DNA of 32,000 bases from the NCBI GenBank assembly GCA_041659405.1, contig JBAZYK010000002.1:120001-152000 (forward strand), given 5' to 3'. The notes under the pieces were generated by a model. The model worked only from the letters and a program-made list of their open reading frames with translations. It had not been told where the DNA came from and did no database searches. Positions within the stretch are counted from its first letter, which is position 1. The number at the start of each line of letters is the position of its first letter. This stretch comes from Candidatus Altimarinota bacterium (GTDB lineage Bacteria; Patescibacteriota; Gracilibacteria; UBA1369). Shown here piece after piece: positions 9,577 through 18,894 of the stretch. Both the position numbers and the translations under genes were made by a program.

Positions 9577-10667
9577 TGAAAACACACCTTAGCAAGCGGA
9601 TCAAACTCCTTCAAAAGAAACTTCAGAATCAAAAAATTGAGGGACTTTATCTAAGCGATCCTTTTAATATTAGATATTTAAGCGATTTTAGCGGAACCAA
9701 TGGCCAAATTTTTATCACGCCCAAGAAAGCTTATTTCTTAACGGATTTTCGATATCTTGGAGTTGCCAAAAAGATTCTGCCACCGGAAGTTGAATTAAAA
9801 ATATATAAAAAAGGGCTTCTGAATACGTTGGAATCCCTACTCAATAAACACAAAATTGCAGAAATGGCTTTTGAAAGCCGAAATCTGACCTATAATTTCT
9901 TTAATGCTTTCAAAAAAAATCTTAAAATCAAATTAAAACCCACAACCAAAATCGTTGAAGAACTCCGGGAAATTAAAGACGAAGAAGAAATCGCCAAAAT
10001 CATTAAAGCGCAAACAATAGCGGAAAAAGTCATTTTAGAAGTCAAGAAAAACCTTAAACCGGGCAAAACCGAAAAAGATCTTTCCTGGGAAATTGAAAAA
10101 TTCGGTCACGGATTTGGAGCTGATAAAATTTCTTTTGATTCGATCATTGGTTTTCAGGAAAACAGCGCTAATCCACATCATCAAAACACCGATAAAAAGC
10201 TTAAGAAAGGCGATGTTGTGCTGATTGATATGGGCATGCAATATCAGGGATATTGCTCCGACATGACTCGCATGATTTTTACGGCAAAACCTACAACCGA
10301 ACAAAAAGAAGTCTATTTAACGGTGCTGGAGGCTCAAGAGAAAAGTATTCAAAAGATGAAAGCGGGAGTAATGGCCAAGGACATGGACAAAATTGCCAGA
10401 GATATCATTGAAAAAGCCGGATATGGTAAAACTTTTGGCCATAGTTTAGGCCACGGAATAGGTTTGGAAGTTCACGAATCCCCCAACCTGTCTCCCAGTA
10501 GTGAAAATGCGCTTGCAGAAAACGCAATTGTCACTTCCGAACCGGGAATTTACCTGGAAAAAAACTTTGGCGTTCGCATTGAAGATATGCTATTAATTAA
10601 GGGCGCAAAAGCGCTTAACCTTACTAAAATCCCCAAGAAACTCGAAGACTCAATCCAGTTAATTTAA
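9576..10667 (+). CDS. M24 family metallopeptidase (Xaa-Pro aminopeptidase-like)
   Basis: Metal ligands present: VLIDMGMQYQGYCSDMTR, HSLGHGIGLEVHE, SEPGIYLEKNFGVRIED. ATG overlaps the pgi stop (TAATG). Confidence 0.9.
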   Translation: MKTHLSKRIKLLQKKLQNQKIEGLYLSDPFNIRYLSDFSGTNGQIFITPKKAYFLTDFRYLGVAKKILPPEVELKIYKKGLLNTLESLLNKHKIAEMAFESRNLTYNFFNAFKKNLKIKLKPTTKIVEELREIKDEEEIAKIIKAQTIAEKVILEVKKNLKPGKTEKDLSWEIEKFGHGFGADKISFDSIIGFQENSANPHHQNTDKKLKKGDVVLIDMGMQYQGYCSDMTRMIFTAKPTTEQKEVYLTVLEAQEKSIQKMKAGVMAKDMDKIARDIIEKAGYGKTFGHSLGHGIGLEVHESPNLSPSSENALAENAIVTSEPGIYLEKNFGVRIEDMLLIKGAKALNLTKIPKKLEDSIQLI

Positions 10668-10671
10668 ATCT

Positions 10672-12135
10672 ATGGATCACAAAGTAGCCGTCATTTTGTT
10701 TCCAGGCAGCAATTGCGAACTAGAAGCCCTTAGAGCTTGCAGAAGATCAAAATTAACAGCTGATCTTATTCGCTGGAATGACGATTATTCAAAGTTGAAA
10801 AAATATGACGCCTTCATTCTTCCCGGCGGTTTTTCTTATGAAGATCGCGGAAGATCAGGCATTATCGCGGCTCAGGATCCGATTATGGACGTTATTAAGC
10901 AGCAAGCAGAAGCCGGCAAGCCGGTTTTGGGTTTATGCAATGGTTGCCAAATTTTAGTTGAAAAAGGAATGATTCCCGGACTTAATCCAAATCATTTGGA
11001 ATTGGCCATGGGATGGAATGAACGTGTTAAAAAAGGCAAGATCCTTGGTGTAGGTTTTTACAACGATTGGATTTATATAAGGCACGATGCCACAAAAGGC
11101 CGCAGTGTCTTTAATCGTTTTAGCCAAAAAGAAGTAATGCGAATTCCGGTTGCTCATGGCGAAGGTCGCTTTACCACACTCGAAAAAAATCTCCTGGAAA
11201 ATTTGAAAAACAATGAACAGACTCTTTTCCGCTATTGCGATGAAAACGGCAAAATTGTTGAAGAGTTTCCCGTAAATCCAAATGGCGCCATGTACAATTT
11301 GGCTGGTGTTTGTAATCCGGAAGGTAACGTTTTAGCGCTAATGCCCCATCCGGAACGCACCACGGTTGGTCAACCGATTTTTGATTCATTGGCTGATTAC
11401 CTGAATAGCTCAAAAAAGACTTTGGTTAAGCCAAAAAGCTTAACTGCGGATAAGAAAAAATCACAATCATCACAGAAAACTTCTGCTCGTTCGCCAATCC
11501 AGGACAAACCGGAAAAGATGACCAAAAAGCCCGATATCACCATGCTGATTCGCCTGATTATTACGGATAACGAAGAACGCACCATGGAAAATACCGTAAA
11601 AAGACTTGGCTTTAATGCAACTTTAAAGCGCCAAATCTTTTTGGGATTCGATCTGAAAGATAAAAAAGATCTAAAAAAAACTGCTGAAAAACTTTTAGCC
11701 AGCGGCGAAATCCTTAATTTAAATAAAGAAATCCCAACTATTTATATTGGCGATGAAGTATACAGTTACAGCAAAGATAAAGGGCTGCAGCCAATGCAAA
11801 ATCAGCTCCCAAACAATTTTCATTTCATTGTTACCGAATACGACAATTATACCGGTAAAAGCATCAGGGCCAACCTTCAAAATCATCTTCATGATAACGT
11901 AATTGAAAAAGTTGAACGAGGAGTTTTCTGGAGCATGGAGGCAAAAGACCAGGCAACTTCCGATCAAATTATTAAGACCCACCTCTTCCACAATCCCCAT
12001 TCAATGAAATTAATTCTGGCCGATTTTGGAGGCAAAAGCGCTAAAAATGAAAGTTCAAAATCCGATTTTCAAAGTCAGAATCCCGACTTCCAAATTCAAA
12101 GATCAAACTCAAATCAAAAAAATATTTCTAATTAA
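10672..12135 (+). CDS. purQ: phosphoribosylformylglycinamidine synthase PurQ-like glutaminase with C-terminal PurS-like extension
   Basis: VILFPGSNCELEALRA, LPGGFSYEDRGRSG, catalytic GLCNGCQIL, HGEGRF, MPHPERT. A linker of about 40 aa and an extension of more than 170 aa follow. Confidence 0.83.
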   Translation: MDHKVAVILFPGSNCELEALRACRRSKLTADLIRWNDDYSKLKKYDAFILPGGFSYEDRGRSGIIAAQDPIMDVIKQQAEAGKPVLGLCNGCQILVEKGMIPGLNPNHLELAMGWNERVKKGKILGVGFYNDWIYIRHDATKGRSVFNRFSQKEVMRIPVAHGEGRFTTLEKNLLENLKNNEQTLFRYCDENGKIVEEFPVNPNGAMYNLAGVCNPEGNVLALMPHPERTTVGQPIFDSLADYLNSSKKTLVKPKSLTADKKKSQSSQKTSARSPIQDKPEKMTKKPDITMLIRLIITDNEERTMENTVKRLGFNATLKRQIFLGFDLKDKKDLKKTAEKLLASGEILNLNKEIPTIYIGDEVYSYSKDKGLQPMQNQLPNNFHFIVTEYDNYTGKSIRANLQNHLHDNVIEKVERGVFWSMEAKDQATSDQIIKTHLFHNPHSMKLILADFGGKSAKNESSKSDFQSQNPDFQIQRSNSNQKNISN

Positions 12136-12160
12136 TAATTTATAATTACTAATTGAACCT

Positions 12161-13930
12161 ATGTGTGGAATTTTTGCTTATATTGGACAAAAAACGAATG
12201 CAGCTGATCTTGTAGTCAGAGGTTTAAAAAAACTGGAATATCGTGGATATGATTCTTGGGGAGTGGCTTATCAAAACGGTTCAAATCTTGGCCTATACAA
12301 AAAAGTAGGAAAAATTGGCGAGTTTGACTTGGAACATAATCCCTTTCCGCAAACCAGCATTGCCATTGGCCATTCTCGTTGGGCCACTCATGGTGGAGTA
12401 ACCGAACTTAATGCCCACCCACACGTTGATGAAGCCAAAAAATTGGCTGTAGTTCACAATGGTATTATCGAAAATTTTGAAGAGCTTAAAGCAAGACTCA
12501 TCAGCCAAAAACACGTTTTTATTTCTCAAACCGATACCGAAGTAATCGTTCATTTGATTGAAGAATATTGCAAAAAACATGATTTTGAGACCGCCGCAAA
12601 AATGGCCATTAAAGAGTTGAAAGGTCGTTTTGCCATTCTGGTTATGAAGGCCGAAGATCACAAAATTATCGCAGCCAGAAGAGGTTCTCCTTTAATCGTG
12701 GGCATTGGCGAACATGAATATTTTGTCGCTTCGGATATTCCGGCATTTTTGGAATACACACGCAAAGTTATGTATCTGGATGATAACCAAATGGTAGTGC
12801 TTGATGGTAAACCACTTTTTTATGATTTAGATACCGACAAAGAGATTGAAAAAAGAGTAGTCGAAATCAATTGGAACACCAAAGAAGCGGAAAAAGGCAA
12901 TTTCGCGCATTTCATGATCAAAGAAATCATGGAACAGAAAGACACAATTCACCGTGCGATTAACCAGGACGATCACGAAATTCAAAAGCTGGCCGAAGAG
13001 ATCAAAAAAGCCTATGGCACATTTTTAATTGGCTGCGGAACGGCCGGAAAAGTTTGTCTAGCCGCCGAATATATTTTCGCTAAAGTCGCTCAAAGACACG
13101 TAAATGTGGTTGTGGGATCGGAATTCCCAAGTCATCAACATTTCCTAAAAGAAAAAAGTCTGGTTATTGCCGTTTCACAAAGCGGAGAAACCGCCGATAC
13201 TTTGGAAGCGATTGAGGTTGCCAAGAAAAAAGGCGCAAAAGTTCTTTCAATTGTAAATGTGGAAGGCTCAACCATGGATCGCGAATCCGACTACACACTG
13301 CACATTAAAGCCGGCCCAGAAAAGGCTGTGGCATCAACCAAAGCCACAACTTCCCAAATTGCGATTTTGACACTGCTTGCTTACGCTTGTGTGGATAAGC
13401 TGCAGGAAGGCAAAAAACTGCTCATTGAAACTGCCGGAAAAATCAATGACATGCTTAATCCACGCTACGAAGAACACATCAAAAACCTGGCAGAAAAATT
13501 AAAGGATAGCGAAAGTATGTACGTGATCGGCAAAGCGGTAAACTACGCCATGGCGCTTGAATCAGCCATAAAATTGCAGGAAGTTTCTTACATTCACGCC
13601 GAAGGATTTGCCGGAGGAGAACTAAAACACGGCCCGATTGCTTTGATCAGCGAAGGCACACCTTGCATTGCGCTTGTAGCCAACGACGAAACCCGCACCG
13701 ACATTTTAAACAACGCCCGTGAAGTCAAAGCCCGCGGCGGTTACATAATTGGCATTTCACCGGAAAACGACGCCATTTTTGACTTCTGGATCCGCGTTCC
13801 GGATGTAGGCATTGCCTCTCCAATCGTAAACATCATCCCTATCCAACTTTTGGCCTATTACCTGGCCATTCTGCGCCAAAACAACCCCGACATGCCAAGA
13901 AACCTGGCAAAGAGCGTGACGGTGAAGTAG
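12161..13930 (+). CDS. glmS: glutamine--fructose-6-phosphate aminotransferase (isomerizing)
   Basis: MCGIFAYIGQ, RGLKKLEYRGYDSWG, HSRWATHGG, two SIS domains (SQSGETADTLEA), C-terminal PRNLAKSVTVK. Confidence 0.95.
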   Translation: MCGIFAYIGQKTNAADLVVRGLKKLEYRGYDSWGVAYQNGSNLGLYKKVGKIGEFDLEHNPFPQTSIAIGHSRWATHGGVTELNAHPHVDEAKKLAVVHNGIIENFEELKARLISQKHVFISQTDTEVIVHLIEEYCKKHDFETAAKMAIKELKGRFAILVMKAEDHKIIAARRGSPLIVGIGEHEYFVASDIPAFLEYTRKVMYLDDNQMVVLDGKPLFYDLDTDKEIEKRVVEINWNTKEAEKGNFAHFMIKEIMEQKDTIHRAINQDDHEIQKLAEEIKKAYGTFLIGCGTAGKVCLAAEYIFAKVAQRHVNVVVGSEFPSHQHFLKEKSLVIAVSQSGETADTLEAIEVAKKKGAKVLSIVNVEGSTMDRESDYTLHIKAGPEKAVASTKATTSQIAILTLLAYACVDKLQEGKKLLIETAGKINDMLNPRYEEHIKNLAEKLKDSESMYVIGKAVNYAMALESAIKLQEVSYIHAEGFAGGELKHGPIALISEGTPCIALVANDETRTDILNNAREVKARGGYIIGISPENDAIFDFWIRVPDVGIASPIVNIIPIQLLAYYLAILRQNNPDMPRNLAKSVTVK

Positions 13931-13964
13931 GGGCAGCCAATTCAAAATCTTAACAAAAAACACC

Positions 13965-14494
13965 ATGAAAAAAATAATCGAACAACCGGACGTCCAATTT
14001 ATTTTAACAGGTGGAACTATTGATTCATATTATGATGCAACGAAAGACACAGCCGTTCCAAATCGTCACTCAGTTATTCCTGAATACATTAAATCGCTCA
14101 AAATAAACAATAAAGTCATATTCACTCAGGTCTGCATGAAGGACAGCAGAAGCTTAACTCAAAACGATCGAAAAAAAATCTTAGAAACGATTGAAAAAAG
14201 TGTATCTAAAAAAATCATCATCACACATGGAACCTATACCATGCCCGACACAGCAAAATATTTACAAGCCAATCTAAAAAGAAAAAAAAGGTGATTATCC
14301 TTACTGGATCAATGATTCCTATCCAAGGCTTTTCACCTTCCGATGCAGGATTTAATTTAGGTTTTGCCCTTGGCCAACTAAACTACTTACCTGATGGCAT
14401 TTATGTCTGCATGAATGGTACAATCTTTAATCCTCAAGAAGTTGTGAAAATTATCAACGAGGGTAAATTCACATCAGTTTTTTCAAGATCATAG
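13965..14494 (+). CDS. Short asparaginase-domain protein split into two overlapping frames (13965..14294 and 14291..14494)
   Basis: First ORF: FILTGGTIDS, KDSRSLTQ, ITHGTYTMPDTAKYL. Second ORF: IILTGSMIPIQGFSPSDAGFNLGFALG. Together they form one collinear asparaginase domain. The split is at G-A8-GG (14281..14291). Confidence 0.72.
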
Positions 14495-14541
14495 AGTACA
14501 TTTAAGGTAAATTCGCCCTTCATTTAAAGCTGATTTTGCTG

Positions 14542-14547
14542 TATAAT
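14542..14547 (+). promoter_or_regulatory. Candidate -10 element for pyk
   Basis: Perfect TATAAT 21 nt before the pyk ATG. The -35 match (TTCATT at 14519) is poor. Confidence 0.35.
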
Positions 14548-14568
14548 AAAATCAAATAAAACAAACTC

Positions 14569-15999
14569 ATGCTTCACAAAAAAACAAAAATTGTTTGCAC
14601 ACTTGGGCCGGCCTCACAGGATTTTGGCATGATTGAAAAAATGGTTCATGCCGGAATGAACGTGGCGCGGCTTAATTTTTCGCATGGGAGTTATGAAAGT
14701 TTTTCCAGGATTATTGAAAATATTCGCAAAGTTGAAAAGAAAGTCGGAACGCCAATTGCCATTATGCAGGATCTACAAGGCCCAAAAATCCGTGTTGGCG
14801 AAATGCCTGCGGAAGGTATAAACATCAAAAAAGGACAAACGATTATTTTAACTACAACAAAAATCGTGGGACATTTAGCAAATTCCGCGAGTCATACCGC
14901 CGCAATAATCCCCTGCCAATATCAGGAACTGCCTAAAGATGTTAAGAAAAATGATCAAATTCTGATCGACGACGGACTGATTGAAGTCACCGTAATCAAA
15001 GTCCAAAAGAACGAGATTTTTTGCCGAGTTGCCAATGGTGGAATCGTTAAATCACATAAAGGAATTAACGTTCCAACCGCTTCAATCAAGGCAAATCCGA
15101 TTACCGACAAGGACAAAGCCGACCTTAAATTCGGACTCGCTCACAATGTGGATTATGTTGCTCTTTCATTCGTAAAATCTGCCGAAAACATCAAAGAACT
15201 TCGCGAACTTATTCGCCTTCAAAAAGGACGAGCTAAAATTATTGCCAAAATCGAACGTCATGAAGCCGTTGAAAATCTGGAAAGTATTATTTTCGAGACT
15301 GATGGAGTAATGGTTGCACGTGGTGATTTGGGCAGCGAGATCCCCGCCGAAACAGTTCCGCTCATTCAAAAAAGAATTATCAAACTGGCCAATCTTCATG
15401 GCAAACCGGTTATTACCGCTACGCAAATTTTGCAATCAATGGTGGATAATCCCCGACCAACTCGCGCTGAAATGAGTGATGCCGCCAATGCCGTTTTTGA
15501 TCATAGTGATGCGCTGATGCTTTCTAACGAATCGGCTGTTGGCAAATATCCGCTGCAGGCAACAGCTACACTTTCTAAAGTTGCAGCTTCCGTTGAACAA
15601 TATCTTAAAAGACACAAAGAGTTTTTACCGAATCTGCTTTTTCATGAAAATCTTCCGGTATCTTACGCAACCTGTTTAAATGCGGCAAAGTTAGCTGTGG
15701 ATATTAACGCAGATCTGATTATAGCCATCACAAATTCCGGATTTACCGCACAGCATTTGGCTAAACACAGAATTTACATCCCGATTATTGCGCTAACCGA
15801 AGACCCAAAAGTGCAACGACAACTTGCCCTGGTTTGGGGAATTAAAAAAACATACATTCAACCGATTTCCAAAGAAATCGACGTTAAAATGATTCGCCAA
15901 TTTTTGAAGAAAAATAATCTGGCCAAAGCAAATGACAAAATCGTCATTGTGAGCAACGCCAGTAAAGACGAAAAACAGATTTCGACTATTAAATTTTAA
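14569..15999 (+). CDS. pyk: pyruvate kinase
   Basis: TKIVCTLGPAS, GMNVARLNFSHG, DLQGPKIRVG, VMVARGDLGSEIP, KPVITATQILQSMV. Confidence 0.95.
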   Translation: MLHKKTKIVCTLGPASQDFGMIEKMVHAGMNVARLNFSHGSYESFSRIIENIRKVEKKVGTPIAIMQDLQGPKIRVGEMPAEGINIKKGQTIILTTTKIVGHLANSASHTAAIIPCQYQELPKDVKKNDQILIDDGLIEVTVIKVQKNEIFCRVANGGIVKSHKGINVPTASIKANPITDKDKADLKFGLAHNVDYVALSFVKSAENIKELRELIRLQKGRAKIIAKIERHEAVENLESIIFETDGVMVARGDLGSEIPAETVPLIQKRIIKLANLHGKPVITATQILQSMVDNPRPTRAEMSDAANAVFDHSDALMLSNESAVGKYPLQATATLSKVAASVEQYLKRHKEFLPNLLFHENLPVSYATCLNAAKLAVDINADLIIAITNSGFTAQHLAKHRIYIPIIALTEDPKVQRQLALVWGIKKTYIQPISKEIDVKMIRQFLKKNNLAKANDKIVIVSNASKDEKQISTIKF

Positions 16000-16056
16000 G
16001 ATTTTCCATTAAAATAAAGGTGCGTTTTTTTGACGTACCTATACCGAAAAATCCTT

Positions 16057-16590
16057 ATGATTATAATGGGGATCGATCCAGGAACAGCAACCACAGGTTT
16101 TGGATTTATTGAATGCTCCAAAGACCAATTCAAACTCTTGGATTACGGCTGCATTAAGACCTTACCGAATCAATCGCTAAGTTCCCGTCTTCAACAAATT
16201 AATGACGATTTAAAAACTCTTTTAAAAACCTGGAAGCCGGATTCAGTGGCAATCGAAGAACTTTTTTTTAGTAAAAATGTAAAGACGGCAATTCATGTTG
16301 CCCATGCCCGTGGCGCAATGATGCAGCTGCTTTCAACCAGTGGTTATGAAATCGCCGAATACAAACCTCAACAGGTTAAAGCGGCAGTTTGTGGTTATGG
16401 CAACGCCGAAAAAAAACAAATTCAAAAAATGGTTCAACTGATTTTTCAGATGGATCACCTCCCTACTCCGGATGACGCCGCGGACGCTTTAGCCATTGCT
16501 TTTTGTCATGCCAACACCTTAAAAACCAATCAAATCTTAAAGTCCCAGGAACAATTACCCGCCTATAATCCAAGCATAATCTCCGCATGA
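16057..16590 (+). CDS. ruvC: crossover junction endodeoxyribonuclease RuvC
   Basis: MIIMGIDPGTATTGFG, AIEELFF, DDAADALAIAFCH: acidic catalytic residues retained. The track start (TTG at 16030) is likely too early. TGA stop overlaps the next ATG. Confidence 0.92.
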   Translation: MIIMGIDPGTATTGFGFIECSKDQFKLLDYGCIKTLPNQSLSSRLQQINDDLKTLLKTWKPDSVAIEELFFSKNVKTAIHVAHARGAMMQLLSTSGYEIAEYKPQQVKAAVCGYGNAEKKQIQKMVQLIFQMDHLPTPDDAADALAIAFCHANTLKTNQILKSQEQLPAYNPSIISA

Positions 16591-18050
16591 AAAAACTATT
16601 ACCAGCACTTTCTTTAATTCTTTTTTTAAGCTTTGTTACAAGCGGTCTTTACATTTTTGGACTTCCACCTTTTCAATCCGGCGGGCCATTTTTCCCTGCA
16701 GCTCCTCAAAATCCACAAACCGAACAGGGAACTCAAAAAGTGGAACGCAACAAAACCTACACCGAACACATTTCACGTGGCGCATTATTGGAACAAAACG
16801 GTTATTACAGCCTGGCCATTGCCGAATATGAAGCAGCCAGCAAACTTGATCTAACAAATCCGGAACCATTTGTGAAAATTGGACGCATTCACTTATTGAA
16901 TCATGAATATGATGCGGCCGTTGCAAACTTTCAACAAGCCAATAAACTCGCCCCAAACAACACCGACACCCTGGTTTATTTAGGAAGGTCTTACCTTGGA
17001 AATCGCCAAATCGACGAAGCCAAAAATCTTTTTGCCAACCTGAATGCCGATAGTCAAACCGCAAAATACTACCAAGGAATCATTGCTGCATTTAGCGGTG
17101 AATACGATAAAAGCAAAGATCTTCTAAAAAAAGCCGTAGAAATGGGCGGAAGCGATGACATCACCAAAAAAGCACAAAATTATTTGAATGCTTTTAACGA
17201 ATTTAATTTCAATCAGGGTGGAGAACCGATTCATTTAAAAGCTTTGCTGGCCCGCAGTTTTAATCAAACCGGAGAATATCAATTAGCGATTCCACTGCTT
17301 TTTGATGTCATTAAAGCCCAAAAAGATTATCGTGATGCCTGGGTTTTACTTGGATATGCCTACCTAAGCATCGACAAATATCAGGACGCGCTGGAATCGC
17401 TAAATCAGGCCAAAAATCTGGATCCTCAAAAACCTGAAACTTATTATTTTCTTGGACTTACCTATTATGATTTAAATAATCTTCCGCTTGCCGCAGCCAA
17501 TTTGGAACTTGCCAAAAAGAATGGTTTCCAGCCGGTTATTCAGATTAATCAAAAGCTTGCCGAGATTTATTTGCAACTTAAAGACTACAACAAATCCGCC
17601 CAAAATTATGAAAATGTTTTGGCCATCAACGATCAAGATATAAATTATTATATTAGACCAATCTGGCTCTATACTGAAAAAACAAATCAACCGGATAAAG
17701 CTTTAAGCCTGGCCGAAAAGGCATACCTTAAACACCCCAATGAAGCCATGAGTTACAATTTGCTCGCCTGGGCCCAAATAAGCGCCGGACAATTGGATCA
17801 AGCCGAAAAAAACCTGCAAACCGGAATTAATATCGACCCGCAACTGGAAGCCATTTATCTAAATTTTGGCTTATTAAACGAAAAAAAAGGTAACACAAGT
17901 CAGGCACTCACCTACTATCAAAAAGCCCACGACATGGGCAAAGGCAACTCCATCAGCGCTTCTGCTACCGAACGTTATACAAACCTGGTCGCCAAGGTTA
18001 AGGGAGTCGACCCCAATACTTTAAAGGCCAACGTTCTAAATGCACAATAA
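16587..18050 (+). CDS. TPR-repeat protein with N-terminal membrane anchor/signal
   Basis: Hydrophobic N-terminus LLPALSLILFLSFV followed by many TPR-like 34-aa units (e.g. YYSLAIAEYEAASKLDLTNPEPFVKIGRIHLLNHEYDAAVANFQQANKLAPNN). Confidence 0.85.
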   Translation: MKKLLPALSLILFLSFVTSGLYIFGLPPFQSGGPFFPAAPQNPQTEQGTQKVERNKTYTEHISRGALLEQNGYYSLAIAEYEAASKLDLTNPEPFVKIGRIHLLNHEYDAAVANFQQANKLAPNNTDTLVYLGRSYLGNRQIDEAKNLFANLNADSQTAKYYQGIIAAFSGEYDKSKDLLKKAVEMGGSDDITKKAQNYLNAFNEFNFNQGGEPIHLKALLARSFNQTGEYQLAIPLLFDVIKAQKDYRDAWVLLGYAYLSIDKYQDALESLNQAKNLDPQKPETYYFLGLTYYDLNNLPLAAANLELAKKNGFQPVIQINQKLAEIYLQLKDYNKSAQNYENVLAINDQDINYYIRPIWLYTEKTNQPDKALSLAEKAYLKHPNEAMSYNLLAWAQISAGQLDQAEKNLQTGINIDPQLEAIYLNFGLLNEKKGNTSQALTYYQKAHDMGKGNSISASATERYTNLVAKVKGVDPNTLKANVLNAQ

Positions 18051-18091
18051 TACCAACATCACAAAGAAATAATTATTTAATTTTCATTACA

Positions 18092-18886
18092 ATGCTCGTC
18101 TTAATCTCCATCTTAATTTTCATCCTGGGCCTAAGCTTTGGCAGCTTTTTAAGTGTTGTAATTAACCGACTCGAGACCAACGAAAAAGGAATCATTTTCG
18201 GCAGATCACATTGCGTTTTCTGCAAAAAAGTCCTTAAAAACCGTGATCTTGTACCACTATTAAGCATTCTTATTTTAAAAGGAAAATGTCGTTTCTGTCA
18301 TAAAAAAATCAGTTATGATTATTTCTTTATAGAATTAATGACAGGACTTTTGGCCGTTCTTACTTTTTTGAAATTTCCATTTTTGATGGATGGAGTTTTT
18401 TACGGATGGCAACTACTTTCCTTTATTCTTTATTTTATTTTTGGATTATTTTTTATTGGAATCTTCTTTTCCGATCTAAAAAACATGGAAATCCCCGACA
18501 TGCTGCTCTTCCCTTTTATGGGAGTTTCCCTGATCGGTTCGCTATTCATAGCCAAAACCGGACTGGTTTCCATTATTATTGCTACAGTGATTGCTTTGAT
18601 CTTTTTTGGCGGACAAATCGTGCTCTCCAAGGGAAAATGGTTGGGTGAAGGTGACTTATATCTTGGCCTTGCCATGGCTTTTATTTTTGGCTGGCAGCAA
18701 TTTTTGATCGCAATTTGTTTAACTTACGCTATTGGCGCAATTTTAAGTTTAGGACTTATCGCCAGCAAAAAAGTTACACCAAAAACTCAGGTTCCTTTTG
18801 CACCTTTTATGGTTATGGGAAGCGTTTTAACCATCTTCCTGGGTGAAAGGATTTTGAACTGGTATCTGCAACTTCTGAATTTCTAA
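18092..18886 (+). CDS. prepilin peptidase (type IV leader peptidase, A24)
   Basis: GSFLSVVINRL, two CxxC pairs (CVFCKK, CRFCHK), first catalytic Asp in FSDLKNMEIPD, second in GEGDLYLGLAMAF, multi-pass membrane protein. Confidence 0.9.
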   Translation: MLVLISILIFILGLSFGSFLSVVINRLETNEKGIIFGRSHCVFCKKVLKNRDLVPLLSILILKGKCRFCHKKISYDYFFIELMTGLLAVLTFLKFPFLMDGVFYGWQLLSFILYFIFGLFFIGIFFSDLKNMEIPDMLLFPFMGVSLIGSLFIAKTGLVSIIIATVIALIFFGGQIVLSKGKWLGEGDLYLGLAMAFIFGWQQFLIAICLTYAIGAILSLGLIASKKVTPKTQVPFAPFMVMGSVLTIFLGERILNWYLQLLNF

Positions 18887-18894
18887 TTTTAATT

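Noticed and set aside
14281-14300. Genetic code 25 (UGA = Gly) as the reason for the split asparaginase
   Set aside because: Reading UGA as Gly keeps the wrong frame (the continuation is in the -1 frame). TGA also works as a normal stop at ruvC (16588..16590) and at the hydrolase-DUF1858 gene (26804..26806).
16016-16045. Possible terminator between pyk and ruvC (AGGTGCG TTTTTTT GACGTACCT)
   Set aside because: The inverted repeat is imperfect and the T-run is in the loop instead of after the stem.
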